Shown: piece after piece, positions 42,043 to 53,518 of the stretch
Numbering within the stretch: the first letter of the stretch is position 1
Layout of the letters: every line of letters begins with the position of its first letter
NCBI GenBank assembly: GCA_963752255.1
Contig: CAVVXT010000005.1
Coordinates: 42,168-106,167 of the forward strand
Source of the DNA: Nitrososphaeria archaeon
Lineage (GTDB): Archaea > Thermoproteota > Nitrososphaeria > JACIWG01
Direction: 5' to 3'
DNA: 64,000 bases
Program-made: the position numbers and the translations under genes
The notes under the pieces: generated by a model
Told to the model about the DNA's origin: nothing
Database searches by the model: none
What the model saw: only the letters and a program-made list of their open reading frames with translations

Positions 42043-42484
42043 ATTAATCTGTGGACACGGATGACTTGTCATAAACTTTGCCTCAAAATAAGGCCCTCTA
42101 ACTACACCCAATTAATCTATGATCTTTGATCTATGTGGGAAATTAATCTATTATTCATTCATCGAGGAGGAGCTCCATTTTAGGGAGGCTGCAAACTCTA
42201 TATAGGCTTATTACCTAAATTCTAACAAGTAGAAAATATGTCGAATGCTCCACCCGACTTTCAGAAGTGGCTTGAGGAATATTTGGTTGATGTGTAGCGT
42301 GCGAATTCGGAGGCGAGTAGAGCATTCTTGTTTCTTGAATTTACAAGCATGAGCGACTATACCCTTTCCACTTTGTTTATCATATAAATGAGAGAAATAA
42401 GATACTTCCAACATCCTAAATATCATCATCCTTTAAATTATTTTATAGTAGGATATGTTATACGTTTTATTGTAGAATAGATAT

Positions 42485-45368
42485 ATGTCCACGAGATTGG
42501 TTTCTGAACCTGATTTTGTTGCGAATCGTCTTTTACCTAAGTTTAAGGAAGCAGCAGGCGTTCTCAATGTTCTAAGCCAGATTGACTATCATGTTGAGAA
42601 ACGCATTAATGGTGACCGGGCTGACCTGGTTGCAGAGAGGGCTGGTAAGGGCCTTTTTGTGTTAGAGGCCAAGTATAAGAAGAAAGTGGGTAATATAGAA
42701 AGGGATATAGAACCAAGGGATCCAGAAGTCGTCAAACAAGCAGCAAACTATGCGACACTTGGCGGCTATCTGTATTATGGAACATGTAATCTGAAAAGAA
42801 TAGTTCTTTTTCAAATGAAGCCTGGTGTCAAAGCATTTGAAAGTGAAGTAGCCTCCTTCGATTTTGATGAAAACCCAAAGTGGGCAGAGGATGTTCTAAA
42901 AATTGCCTTAGGTCTTGTTCCTGTCAAGGCTAAAGCGTTAGACGATTCGCTTGTAAGTGCTCTGCATGAAGCTTTCACAGACCTTTACATAGAATTTCTA
43001 TCTTCGTTAAGAGAAAGATTAAAGAATGAAGTGTTCAAATCCAGATTTGAAGATTGGTTTGGAAATCAAGGAATTGAATATGGCGAGGAAAATGTTAGGA
43101 AGGTTGCAGAAGAAACTACATATCTACAGATAAACAAATTACTTTTTTATTATGTCGTAAAGACAATTTATCCTGAAAGACTAAAGACCCTTGTTATAAA
43201 TGAGAATGATGATGTCTACGAAGTTCTTAATGGGTACTATGATGATGTGAAGAAAATAGATTATGCCCCTATATATCAAAATGATGTTATAAGTGAAATA
43301 CCTTTCACAGTAAGGACAAAAGAAAGGTTTAGAACTCTTGTAGATACTCTAAGTGAATACGATTTTACAAAGATGGAAAGTGACTTTCTTGGGCGAGTTT
43401 ATGAAAAACTGATTCCTCCACAGGAAAGGAAAAGGTTGGGCCAATTTTATACACCTCCTGAAATAGTTGATCTTATAGCAAAACTAACTATAATGGATAA
43501 AGAGGCAAAAGTTCTTGATCCAGCATGTGGTTCAGGCTCGTTTCTCGTTAGAGCATATCATAGATTAAGAGAACTAAATGGAATGCCAAGAGAAATATCT
43601 GGTCCTCTAACAGAAGAATTTCACAAAAGACTCATTGATCAAGTCTATGGTATAGACATAAACCAATTTCCAGCACACTTATCAGTTATAAATCTGGTTA
43701 TACAAAATCCAAAGGCCAAGATAGATACCGTAAATGTAGTTGTTAAAGATTTCTTTGATGTCAGGCCACGCCAGGTAACTTTCACAGGCTTCGACAGTAT
43801 GACAGCTGAAGGTGAAAAGACTATTATAAAAATGCCTTATACATTTGATGTTATAGTTGCTAATCCCCCGTATATACGCCAAGAACTGCTTGGGGATAAA
43901 GAGAAGGAGAAAATATTTAGTTTGATAGAGAAGGAATTTAAGGACAAAGTTTTCATAGGCAAGGCAGGAAGATCAGGGGCTATCTCATTAGATAGAACAA
44001 GTGATATCTACATCTTTTTCTATATTCATTCTATAAACTTCCTCAACAAAGGAGGAAAGCTCGGTTTCATATCTTCAAACAAATGGCTTGAAGTGGGATA
44101 CGGCGAATCATTTCAGGAATTTCTACTCCAAAACGTGAAAATATCCTTTATAATCGAATTTGACAGAGCCGTTTTCCCTGACGCTGAAGTAAATACGACG
44201 GTGACCATCCTTCAAAAGGAACCAGATTCCACGCAAAGGAACAACAACGTTGTTAGATTTGTTAGATTAAAGAAAAGAATGGACGTAACAGAATTGCAGG
44301 AACTATTAGAATTAGAGAAAGACATCGAGAACAGAAATGTGAGGCTTACAACCATTCAACAAAGATACCTTAATCCTGGCAAGTGGAATACATATCTCCG
44401 AGCACCTGTAGTATTCAAGAAGATCATTGAAAATACTAAAGTGCAATCTCTATCGGTAATCGCAGACGTTTTTAGGGGACCAACTACAGGCTACAATGAC
44501 TACTTTATTCTGTCAAAGGAAAAGGTAAAAGAATGGAATATAGAGCCAGAATTTTTGGTTCCTTGCATTTCATCACCTAAAAAAGTTAAAGGTTTAATCA
44601 TAGATCTTAAAGACATTACAGAATATTTTTTTGTATGTAGCAAACCGAAAGATGAACTTAAAGAAACAAATGCACTAAAATATGTAGAATTTGGCGAGCA
44701 TTTTGAAGTAGATGTAACACGTGGTTCGAAAAAAGGGAGAAAAAGACTACCTCAACTTGAAACTATTAAATCTCGCCAAATCTGGTATAATCTAAACAAG
44801 CCAAAGAATACACCAATACTTTTCCAATACATGATAGATGAAAAATCAAGAGCCTTCTTGGAATAAAGGAGGAGTGCATGCCCCAAACATCATGCATTAT
44901 GTGATACCTAAAAACTTGGGAGATGTTTTACCACTATTAGGCTATTTCAATTCATGCGTAGGCTCACTAATGGTCGAGTTATATGGCCGTTCATATGGCG
45001 GAGGAGTTCTTAAAATAGAAGTTTACGAACTCAAGGGCCTTCCAACAATAGATCCTACCTGCCTTAAAAAAGAAGAAAAAGCAAAAATAGGTAACGCCTT
45101 TTTAAAATTAGCAGAAGCGATAAATAAAAGGATTAAAGTAGAGAAAGAGTTAGAATCAGCAAAGTCAAAAACTGGAAAAGAGAAAGGCCTATTTGAAGGC
45201 GAAGCCAAACAAAGACTTGAATTAGCAATTGGAATTGAAAAGAAAAGTCAAAAGGAACTTGATAACCTTGTTTATAATGTCCTTGGGCTCTCAGAAAAGG
45301 AAAGATTACAGGTAGAAGAAGGGCTTACAGAATTGCAGGAACTACGAAAGTCACGAACTCAAGTATAA
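42485..45368 (+). CDS. Type IIG (Eco57I-like) restriction-modification fusion, frameshifted near 44858
   Basis: N-terminal RAD...LEAK...QAANYA nuclease, GQFYTP, VLDPACGSG, NPPY; C-terminal GRSYGGGVLKIEVYE in the next frame. Confidence 0.85.
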
Positions 45369-45407
45369 ATCTAACTTCTCCCATTGCCTTTTTTGTGGCT
45401 TTTCCTA

Positions 45408-46261
45408 TGATCTCAGAAATTGGACATGTTGTGTTTGCCCACGTAATAGCTAATCCTCCCTCATTGCAAAGGCATAGCAGTATAGATCTGACTCTTACTA
45501 ATTCAAAGGGACGTGTAAGGCTGGTTAAGGTGGGAGAAGGTTTACAGACTAAATATTCTTTGACCGTTACCGATCCATCGTCATTAGGTCTACCTTCCTT
45601 TGGACGGCGTAATGTTGAACTGTTTATAGGCGACGTTGTCCTCGCCTGTAATCTTGCCCTGAGGCAGACGGCTCTGTCAACAATTAAATATGCTCCGAGC
45701 CAAGCTGACGTCAAATATCAGCGGCCAAGAAAAGTTACAGTAGAAAATAGACCAGAAGGACAGCATATTACATTTACTGATACACATCACCGGAACGAGT
45801 CGGTCTATTTTGCGCAACCATTTTCTGAGGCGATAGATGAGGATCAAATACTGTCAAATTTAATGTTGGTAAACAAGACGGACAGGCACAGGTTATCGAC
45901 AGACCATAAAATGGAATTAGTTAATCTTGTGAAGTCACTTGGAGAATTTGAAAATGCTATGTCCGTCTTTGATAGGTTAGCGATTTTCAAGCATCTCTTT
46001 AACTCCCTTGAATTAGCAACCAACTGGGATGGAAAGGATCGTAGGGGTAAAACTTTTGACGTTGAAGCGGCAAATCTCTCGAGCGTTCCAGAGTCGGATA
46101 TATCTGTTTGGAGAGATTTCTATAATAGGACAAAGCACGTTGACAGTACATCAGACGATACAACAAAATTTGTGAAAGGTATAGAAAACTTGCCCGATAT
46201 TCTTATGCCTCTGAGGTCAGCCACAGAAGCAGGTATAATAAAACGGTTAAACTCTATATGA
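45408..46261 (+). CDS. Putative ApeA/MauJ-like HEPN-domain protein
   Basis: beta-rich N-terminus, FKHLFNSLE helix, degenerate RDFYNRTKH; defence-cluster context. Confidence 0.45.
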
Positions 46262-46501
46262 GAGAAAGAGTACATGAGGATATGTTAAGACTGAGAGTAT
46301 GAAGCATGAGCTGGATGATATAAAAGATTTATTGTTTAGACTGCTTGCAGACAAGAGCTCTTAACTTTTTTTATACATAAGATCTTTCTCAAAACTCTTG
46401 AATAATCTATGATTTATGATACAATATCTCTTTAATATGAACAAAAGAGTTAATACACAGACTTTGATATGAAAATTATAGAGGAAACATTAGGTGGTAC
46501 C

Positions 46502-46627
46502 ATGTCATTTGAGAACTATTCTCTGGTAAAAGAGGGTGAACTACCTTTTAGGGTTCGCAAAGATGTAATAAAACATCTAAGCATTGGTTTATATAGTAAT
46601 TTTGCACGTGCTATAAAAGAACTTGTT
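46502..46627 (+). pseudogene. 5' stub of a GHKL/MORC-type ATPase
   Basis: VIKHLSIGLYSNFARAIKELV parallels VLESLGINLYSNVPAVLSEVV of the 51408 ORF, then similarity ends. Confidence 0.65.
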
Positions 46628-46777
46628 AAGTATCCAACGTCGCTACTAATACTTTTTAGTTACATTGTTTTTTTCATTAGTATTTATGATTTTTTTATAT
46701 CTATATTATCAGGTGGTCCAACAGCTAGGTTTAGAAGGGAATAAATGGATTGTATTGATCAAGAAGGGTAGCAAAGA

Positions 46778-47323
46778 ATGTCGTCGAATTTAATTGACCT
46801 TTCAACTGTTCTGAGCATTGTCGCAGTTATCCTTGGTCTACTAGTCATATTGCCCTACTTCATAAACAGATTATGCTATAAACCCAATTTGAGTATCTGT
46901 GTTCACTGTTGGGATGGTTCACAAGATACAATTCCAAGGAGTGGAGGAGACATCCAGATTTCGATACATGCAAAGAACAAGCAAAGAGTAGTAGTGGAAA
47001 GCGCGTCGGTCAGTATTCCACAGGCATTCAAGTCTCAAAATCTCCTGCCATTTTTAGTTGGAGGAGATAAAATCCCTCCACACACAAGTGGTGCCCCAAC
47101 ACACCTGATTGCGTCACCATGGCCGCAGACCATAGGAGGTCCAGACAGGCTTGTTGGATCCGCTACGTTCTGGTGCTGCGTAAAGGACGAAAATGCATCT
47201 GAATTGGTAATGAACGTCACAATCCGTGCTCATATCTATCAAGGCGACTTACCCACTCTCATAGATATGCACACCCCACAGACTAGAGAATACCCCTTTT
47301 CACAAACCTTTCGGATTCAATAA
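46778..47323 (+). CDS. Hypothetical protein, N-terminal TM anchor plus beta-rich domain
   Basis: ORF track; hydrophobic N-terminus followed by KPNL. Confidence 0.55.
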   Translation: MSSNLIDLSTVLSIVAVILGLLVILPYFINRLCYKPNLSICVHCWDGSQDTIPRSGGDIQISIHAKNKQRVVVESASVSIPQAFKSQNLLPFLVGGDKIPPHTSGAPTHLIASPWPQTIGGPDRLVGSATFWCCVKDENASELVMNVTIRAHIYQGDLPTLIDMHTPQTREYPFSQTFRIQ

Positions 47324-47511
47324 GTTAAGAAGTGATTTGTCCATCCCGACATTTGCAACAGGGAGAATTTTGTTAGGCTATCCCCCCAAGATGCAACAGC
47401 CCTGAATCCTAGATACAAAAATTGACAGGAATTATCCATAAAAATTTGACAGAGCCGAACAGGTTGTTAAACTTTAAGAAAAAGTTCAGATAAGTAACGG
47501 AACAGAATTGC

Positions 47512-47895
47512 ATGAATGTACAATCAGGTGGATTAGTCGCACAATTTATTGCAGGTCTGATAGCTGGAATTTTGGTACTTGTAGGTGAGTTAGAAGTTTT
47601 TGCTGCTTCTTTAATAGCATATGCCTTTTCAAAAGCTATGCAAACATTGCCAACTACTACATTCTCAATATATATTTTTCTATTCATAATTGTGGACATC
47701 ATGCAAAACTTTCTTGTCGGATTTGCGTCTCCAACAGCGTTCGCAATCGGTTTTCTCTTTGGTGATTTATTGCTCTTACTATTTATTGCTGTTCCATTAT
47801 GGGCAATAGTGCCATCGATAGTTATAGGTATGATAGGTGCGCTCATTACCGTTGTAGCTGGATTAATCTTCAGAAGAATTGGCACGCGTACTTAA
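47512..47895 (+). CDS. Hypothetical membrane protein
   Basis: Four hydrophobic segments. Confidence 0.55.
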   Translation: MNVQSGGLVAQFIAGLIAGILVLVGELEVFAASLIAYAFSKAMQTLPTTTFSIYIFLFIIVDIMQNFLVGFASPTAFAIGFLFGDLLLLLFIAVPLWAIVPSIVIGMIGALITVVAGLIFRRIGTRT

Positions 47896-48480
47896 TAACT
47901 CCTAAAGCAGGAGCGTCTTTTCAAAGTTGATAGGTTTTTTAAATCTTGCTTTAGAGGGAAGATCCCCCTCCAGTTTAAGGCCTCGACAGCAGGGTGTAAA
48001 CTGCGAAATAGTGCAGGTTAAGGGTTTAAAGAGGGTTTAAACCGCTTGTCTGCCTGAGCTTGGAGTTATTTTAACAGGATTTCCACCTTAATTAATCGGG
48101 GAATCGAACAAGGTAAACTTGATCCACTAGTTAACTATCAATGCCTTTCCTTCAACTCCTTATACTAATGAGGTAATATCGATTGTTGTTGGTGGGTTAT
48201 TGGGAAAGTTCGATATATAGCCATATTAATTTTCTATGTATTATGCAATGTTTTAATCAAAGTGCGTTTACTCATCAAATGCTAAAGGGTGAACCGTTCC
48301 TCAAAGACTATTTACTACAGTATTCGTGGGTAACACAGATTTATGTCTACTATTATAGAGATGTATACCGCAAAAATATGAACGAGCTTGAGATAGATAG
48401 GCTTTCGAAGAAAACCATTCATCTATAATCTTATAAACCAGCATAGAGCAAGAATCTTTAGGCGTGTGCATCACCAATTG

Positions 48481-49524
48481 GTGAATCCAGAACATCTCAA
48501 GGTCGTGCTCGGAGGATGCAGTTCTATTGCAGAATGGAAGAAAATCCATCCAGACGAGAAACTAGATCTTGCTAACGTCAAACTTCCCTCAGCTGACCTT
48601 TATGAAGCTGATCTTTCTTATGCTGATCTTTCTTACGCTTATCTTTCTCTTGCTGATCTTTCTGTTGCTAATCTTACCGATGCTAATCTTTCCCACGCTG
48701 ATCTTTCTGTTGCTAATCTTACCGATGCTAATCTTTCCCACGCTGATCTTACCGATGCTGACCTTTCTGTTGCTAATCTTTCTTATGCTAATCTTTCGCA
48801 AGCTGTCCTTAAAGGAGCATCACTTTCAGAAACTAGTCTTGTTAGGACCAGTCTGGACGACGCGAATTTTTCTGAGGCAGTAATGGATGGTGCAATCTTG
48901 GCAGGTATCAATCTAGCCAAAGCTGATGGGCTTAAGGCAATTATTCACGGTGGGCCAAGTAGTGTAGGAGTAGACACAATGATAGAGTCTTTCCGCTCCG
49001 CAGGTAATCGTTTTACACCTGAATTGGAAGCCTTCTTTCTTGGTACGGGCGTGCCGAAAGAGCTTCTTGATAGTATTCCCAAAATCATAGGCGAAGTAAA
49101 GTATTGCCCTACTTATATTGCGTATGGGCAACCAGATGTTAATTTTGCAAGGAGATTGAAGTCTGACTTAACAACGAATGATGTCTCTTGCTGGCTATAT
49201 GACACCGACAAAACAGCTGGTGAGAGAACTTGGAAGGAAATTAGACATGAAATGCAAAGGGCTGAAAAGGTGATCGTACTCTGTTCTGCTAAAGCGTTAG
49301 TTAGAGATGGTTTGCTTAAAGAGATAGAGGAGCAGATAGACAGAGATCGGGACAAGCTAATTGCTGTTTCTTTAGACGACTTGTGGAAACAAGATGGGTT
49401 CCATGTAACGAGGGGAAGCAGGAACCTGAAGCCTGACCTTATGAATAAGAACTGGGTTGACTTTATTCACAACTCGACTTATGACCATTCCCTAAATGAA
49501 TTATTAAAGGGACTAAGAAGATAA
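48481..49524 (+). CDS. Pentapeptide-repeat plus TIR-domain protein
   Basis: A(D/N)LSx repeats, then YIAYGQPDVNFARRLKSDL...VSCW...KVIVLCS...LLKEIE...LIAVSLDD (TIR_2 pattern). Confidence 0.8.
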   Translation: MNPEHLKVVLGGCSSIAEWKKIHPDEKLDLANVKLPSADLYEADLSYADLSYAYLSLADLSVANLTDANLSHADLSVANLTDANLSHADLTDADLSVANLSYANLSQAVLKGASLSETSLVRTSLDDANFSEAVMDGAILAGINLAKADGLKAIIHGGPSSVGVDTMIESFRSAGNRFTPELEAFFLGTGVPKELLDSIPKIIGEVKYCPTYIAYGQPDVNFARRLKSDLTTNDVSCWLYDTDKTAGERTWKEIRHEMQRAEKVIVLCSAKALVRDGLLKEIEEQIDRDRDKLIAVSLDDLWKQDGFHVTRGSRNLKPDLMNKNWVDFIHNSTYDHSLNELLKGLRR

Positions 49525-49962
49525 ATAGTGAACAGAGATGTTTGCATATCAGGGACTCGAACCCATTTAAGTATTAGGATTAAGAAGTTTGAATACATCA
49601 TAAATCATAATATATTTTCAAATTGTTATTTTTTAGAATGTTTTGGAATGTCGTCAGATTAAAAGAAAGAATTCGGTCATAAAGCAAACATCGTAAACTT
49701 CTCCTCGTGCATAAATTCTGAGTTTTTCTCTGTCCATAAACGATAGATTTCTTTTCCTTTTTCTTCTTGGTCCTTTGGAACCAGTCCTTTTGTGTTTTTA
49801 ACAAGCAGTAAATTGGGTGTGACAACCAACGAAGTTGTTGCGCTTGAACGATAAATGATAACCAAATAAAAACATATTTAAACTATGTTAGTTGATTAAA
49901 TCATAACGTGGTAGAATTTAATGAATGATAGTAGAGGATTTTCTTCCGCTAACCCACTTATA

Positions 49963-51424
49963 ATGACGGAAAAACCCTCAAAAGAGATTTCAGACAGAAT
50001 GAGGAAGGTCAGAAGCAAGGGAACTAAGATCGAAAAGACGACGGAACTTTTGCTAAAACAGATTTTCCTCGAATATGAAAAACAACCAAAAATGATCGGA
50101 CACCCAGACTTCATATTAAAAACCGAAAAAATCGCTATTTTTTGTGACAGCGCTTTCTGGCATGGTCGGAGAACCAAGAAACAACATTTCAAACGTAATC
50201 GGCAATTTTGGGAACATAAGATCAAAGAAAACCGATTGAGAGACAGAAGGAACAACCAGACCCTATCGAAACTAGGTTGGAATGTATTGCGTTTTTGGGA
50301 TGAGGATATTCTCAAAAAACCAAGTTACGTTACTAGAACGATATTAAGACAAGTAAGTCCCCCTCCAGAAAAACGTCTAGCCGCAGTAGAATTGTTTTGT
50401 GGGGTTGGTGGAATGGCTCATGGTTTCTTCTTAGAAGGGATTGATGTAGTTGCAGGATTCGATGTAGACAAAACTTGCAAGTATGCTTTTGAGAAAAATA
50501 ATTCTACCACATTCATAGAGAAAAACGTTAGCATGTTAGGCGGCCAAGAAATCAAAAGGTTATACCCCAAAGAATCTGTTAAAATACTTGTGGGCTGTGC
50601 ACCGTGCCAACCGTTTTCCACCTACACAAACGCGAAGAAAGGAAACTCCGATAAATGGAAACTCCTTTACGAGTTCTCTCGAATAGTAAACGAAGTCCAT
50701 CCAGACATAGTTTCAATGGAAAATGTTCCCGGACTAATCTCATACGGAAAAGGTAAATTCTTTCAGGATTTCTTAGAAAATCTTAGGCAACAAGGTTATC
50801 ATGTATGGCATCACGTCATAAATTGCCCAGAATATGGAATTCCTCAAAGAAGACGGAGACTAGTTTTGCTGGCCTCTTTATTCGGTGACATAAACATAAT
50901 CCAAAAAACACACCCTGCTGGGAAATACTCTGACAGTACGTGATGCAATCGGAGATTTAGAGCCTATATCCGCAGGAAGCTCAAGCATCAAAGACCCATT
51001 ACACAGAGCTCGAAATCTTACCCCTAAGAACATGCTTAGAATAAGGTCAACTCCCCAAGGTGGAGACTGGAGTTCTTGGCCAAAAGAATTGATGCTTGAA
51101 TGCCACAAAAAAGACAGTGGAAAATCCTTTGGCAGTGTATACGGAAGAATGAGTTGGGATGAGCTCAGTCCAACCATTACTACTGAATTTATCGGTCTTG
51201 GCAACGGCAGATTCGGTCATCCTGTGCAGGATCGTGCAATATCTCTAAGGGAAGCTGCGCTTTTACAAACTTTTCCAGTGTACTATGACTTTCTTGATCC
51301 TAATGCGGCATTCTGTTCAAGAAGAATCGCTCAGCATATAGGCAATGCAGTTCCGGTTAGGTTGGGACAAGTGATAGCGGAAAGCATTAAACAACATGTG
51401 AGGGGATTTGATGGAAAACAGTGA
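49963..51424 (+). CDS. Vsr endonuclease fused to a C5-cytosine DNA methyltransferase, frameshifted near 50928
   Basis: Vsr: PDF...IFCDSAFWHG...GWNVLRFW; MTase: ELFCGVGG, APCQ, ENV, PQRRRR, REAALLQTFP, IGNAVP. Confidence 0.85.
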
Positions 51425-53387
51425 AAAATACACACTTACGATTAGCTTGAACGTTCTTGAAAGCTTGGGTATAAACCTGTATAGTAACGTTCCAGCAGTT
51501 CTCTCAGAAGTCGTTGCAAATTCTTGGGATGCAGACGCAGAAGAAGTAAGAATAACGTTGAATACTCAACTTGGCGAAATTACCATCGAAGACAACGGAA
51601 AAGGTATGACCGCACGAGATATGAACGAAAAATATTTGAAAGTGGGTTATCACAGACGGGAATACGAAGAAACGCTTACTCCAAAACATATGCGTCACGT
51701 CTTTGGAAGAAAGGGAATAGGAAAACTTGCTTTATTTTCTATTGCAAACAAAGTGGAGGTACAAAGCGTAAAAGAAAATAACGAAGTTTTGGAAAAAAGT
51801 GGTTTCATCATGGACGCTCACGATATAGAGGAGCATATCAAACGGGAAAGTGGCCAAAACCCTGACAAAAATCGATCATCTGATTATCATCCTATTGCAG
51901 TTGATCCAGAGAAGATCACCTTTGATAAGGGAACTAAAATCATTCTGAAGGAATTGAAGAAAGAAATATTCAATCTCGGCAGCGCTTTGAAAAGAAGGTT
52001 GGCAAGACGCTTCAGTATAATAGGAGAAGAACATGATTTCGCGGTTTTCGTTGATGGTCAACAAATCACGGTAGATGATAGAGATTATTTGAAAAAGCTT
52101 CAATACATCTGGTTAATAGGCGGAGAAAATGAGGATCTTCTCAAAGATTGTAAAAACTTGATACAACATGGAAAAATTGATGGGTTAATTGACGAAAAAG
52201 AAGATTACAAAGTAACTGGATGGGTTGGCACTTTAGACGAACAAAAAAGCGTAGAAGAAGGTAGCAATACCGTCGTTGTCTATGCTTGGGGAAAACTCAT
52301 TCATGAGGATATTTTGAAAGACGTAAAAGAAGGAGGCGTGTTTTCTAAGTATCTCATTGGCGAACTTCGTGCAGACTTTCTTGATTACGATGGAAAACCA
52401 GACATCTCAACCACTGGTCGTCAAATGGTCAAGGAAGATGATGTTCGCTTTATTATACTCAAGAATTTCTTTAGGGAAAAAATTCTATCTGCAATCCATT
52501 CAAAATGGGAACCTTGGCGCAAAGAAATTGCTGTAAAAAAGGCGCTTGAAAATGAAAAAATCAAAGAATGGTTTGAAACTCTGTCGCCTGATAAGAAAAA
52601 GTTTGCTGAAACCCTTTTTGCCAAGATTGAGTCAATTCCAGTTTCTAATCCCGATAGCAAGAAGGAGCTTTACAAACACGGAATAATTGCGTTCGAAACG
52701 CTAGCTCTCAAAGATAGACTTAGCGTACTTAATGAAATTAAATCAGATAAAGAGTTCCAAGTACTTCAAACAATAATGGGTCAAATTGATTCTCTAGAAG
52801 CGATTCTTTACTCAGATATCGTAAGAGGAAGAATTACCGTTCTTACAAAATTTGCTAGTATCGCAACTAGCGAAAAAGAAAAGATAATTCAAAAATACCT
52901 ATTTGAACATTTATGGTTACTTGATTCTTCATGGGAAAGAGCTAGTACAAACCAGCGGATGGAGGAAACTTTTAAAAAGGAGTTCAAGGCTGTAAAGTTT
53001 ACAGAAGAAGAAAAGAAGGCACGGATCGATATTCGATACAAAACTGCGGCAGGAAAACATATAATAATAGAACTAAAGAAATATGATGCAAAAGTAAGTA
53101 TTTCAGTTCTTTCTAGGCAGGTACAGAAGTATAAACTCATTCTTCAAAGATGTTTGAGAAAAGTATTTTTAAATACGCAGCAACCGCCATTCGAAATAAT
53201 ATGTGTTCTCGGATCTTGCCCAACCCCTCAAGAAGATGATGAAGCTAACCGGAGGTCACTAGGCGTACATAATGCTAGATATGTTACATATGATAGTCTG
53301 ATTAATGATGCGATGGAAGGGTACAAAAGTTACCTTGATAAGGAAAAGGAAGTCGAACGGATAAGAACGCTAATAAAAGATTTATGA
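51408..53387 (+). CDS. GHKL(MORC)-ATPase plus PD-(D/E)xK nuclease, HgiDII/BbrUII-like restriction endonuclease
   Basis: EVVANSWDA, DNGKGM, GRKGIGK, RIDI...IIELK; overlaps the MTase end. Confidence 0.8.
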   Translation: MMENSEKYTLTISLNVLESLGINLYSNVPAVLSEVVANSWDADAEEVRITLNTQLGEITIEDNGKGMTARDMNEKYLKVGYHRREYEETLTPKHMRHVFGRKGIGKLALFSIANKVEVQSVKENNEVLEKSGFIMDAHDIEEHIKRESGQNPDKNRSSDYHPIAVDPEKITFDKGTKIILKELKKEIFNLGSALKRRLARRFSIIGEEHDFAVFVDGQQITVDDRDYLKKLQYIWLIGGENEDLLKDCKNLIQHGKIDGLIDEKEDYKVTGWVGTLDEQKSVEEGSNTVVVYAWGKLIHEDILKDVKEGGVFSKYLIGELRADFLDYDGKPDISTTGRQMVKEDDVRFIILKNFFREKILSAIHSKWEPWRKEIAVKKALENEKIKEWFETLSPDKKKFAETLFAKIESIPVSNPDSKKELYKHGIIAFETLALKDRLSVLNEIKSDKEFQVLQTIMGQIDSLEAILYSDIVRGRITVLTKFASIATSEKEKIIQKYLFEHLWLLDSSWERASTNQRMEETFKKEFKAVKFTEEEKKARIDIRYKTAAGKHIIIELKKYDAKVSISVLSRQVQKYKLILQRCLRKVFLNTQQPPFEIICVLGSCPTPQEDDEANRRSLGVHNARYVTYDSLINDAMEGYKSYLDKEKEVERIRTLIKDL

Positions 53388-53518
53388 TCAATAGTGAACT
53401 ATTTTAATTGGTCTTTTTGTGAGCCCTTTTATCATGGTTCCATGCACAAACTTTTCTCGGCTATAGCGCGCGTAAATCTGAAATATTTACTGGATACTTT
53501 TCACCCAATTAATTAGGA

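Noticed and set aside
44838-44866. Programmed frameshift or separate specificity subunit in the type IIG gene
   Set aside because: No slippery sequence or long homopolymer; one extra base explains it, as at many other genes here.
48183-48428. Possible HEPN toxin remnant (GKFDIAILISMYYAMF)
   Set aside because: Similarity is limited to one short peptide followed by stops; cannot be supported without a search.
48590-48800. Dense 15-bp periodic repeats resembling a CRISPR array or satellite
   Set aside because: In-frame pentapeptide (A-D/N-L-S-x) coding repeats; no unique spacers and no cas genes in the window.
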